DNA from: Octopus bimaculoides
Lineage: Eukaryota
Length of the DNA: 47,084 nt
Reading direction: 5' to 3'
NCBI RefSeq assembly: GCF_001194135.2
Contig: NC_068990.1
Span: 85,631,620 to 85,678,703 of the forward strand
Below, piece after piece: positions 46,748 to 47,084 of the stretch. The stretch's first letter is position 1, and every line of letters begins with the position of its first letter. The notes under the pieces are model-generated. The model had not been told where the DNA came from. It did not search any database and saw nothing but the letters and a program-made list of their open reading frames with translations. The position numbers and the translations under genes were made by a program.

Positions 46748-47084
46748 AAATCAAATATGTGTGTGTACATACATACAAACGTACATACATACAAACGTAC
46801 ATACATACATTCATATGTTTATGCATGTGACGTGTATATGTTTGTATGTGCGTATGGGCTCATGTTTCTGAATACGTGTGTATATATGTGAGCATGTTTA
46901 TATGCATACGTATGTGCATGTATGTATGTGTGTATGTAGAAGAGAAAGAGAGAGGGAGAGCAAGGAGGAGGAAGAGAGAGAGGGGGGATGCATGACATTC
47001 AGCCAGATCCAACGACAGTAAAGATTAATTGAAGGAGATTTTTTTAATGGCATGTAATAGCTTCCTTTAATTTCTGGTAGATTG

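Noticed and set aside
2318-46891. Long ORFs containing X runs or [12 protein letters not shown]/poly-Y/poly-M tracts
   Set aside because: Artefacts of N gaps and microsatellites.
1-47084. CRISPR arrays, rRNA, operons or horizontally acquired prokaryotic or viral genes
   Set aside because: No repeat-spacer arrays, rRNA motifs or gene-dense GC-shifted segments; the recurring motifs are dispersed SINE modules.

Overview
Eukaryotic, AT-rich, repeat-saturated genomic DNA with 14 assembly gaps (N runs), most abutting microsatellites, mainly (TA)n. The repeat complement resembles, from memory, the tRNA-derived SINE families of Octopus; this organism call is an inference, not a search result. Most ORFs in the supplied track are artefacts of N runs, microsatellites or repeats, and the track misses the only convincing gene. 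That gene is spliced, on the minus strand, and encodes a Slp-homology-domain (SHD)/FYVE-like zinc-finger Rab-effector protein of the Slac2 (MyRIP/melanophilin) type. Two exons (29638-29759, 27873-28094) are well supported by protein motifs and GT-AG sites. Three more (27598-27714, 26264-26310, 14936-15028) are supported only by splice sites and phase continuity; together the five give about 200 aa. The rest is intronic or flanking DNA with at least five SINE-like families, decayed LINE pieces (RTE-like, CR1/L2-like, R4/Dong-like), a mariner 5' remnant, a hAT MITE with a perfect 8-bp TSD, probable Helitron/Helentron non-autonomous elements and fold-back hairpins. I found no CRISPR array, rRNA or intact tRNA, and no clearly new multi-gene system. 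The best leads are the apparent loss of the Rab27-binding aromatic motif in the Slac2-like protein, a near-perfect 50-nt GAAA-loop hairpin, a candidate recursive splice site and a speculative antisense exon chain. Repeat boundaries are approximate (about +/-10 nt) unless stated.
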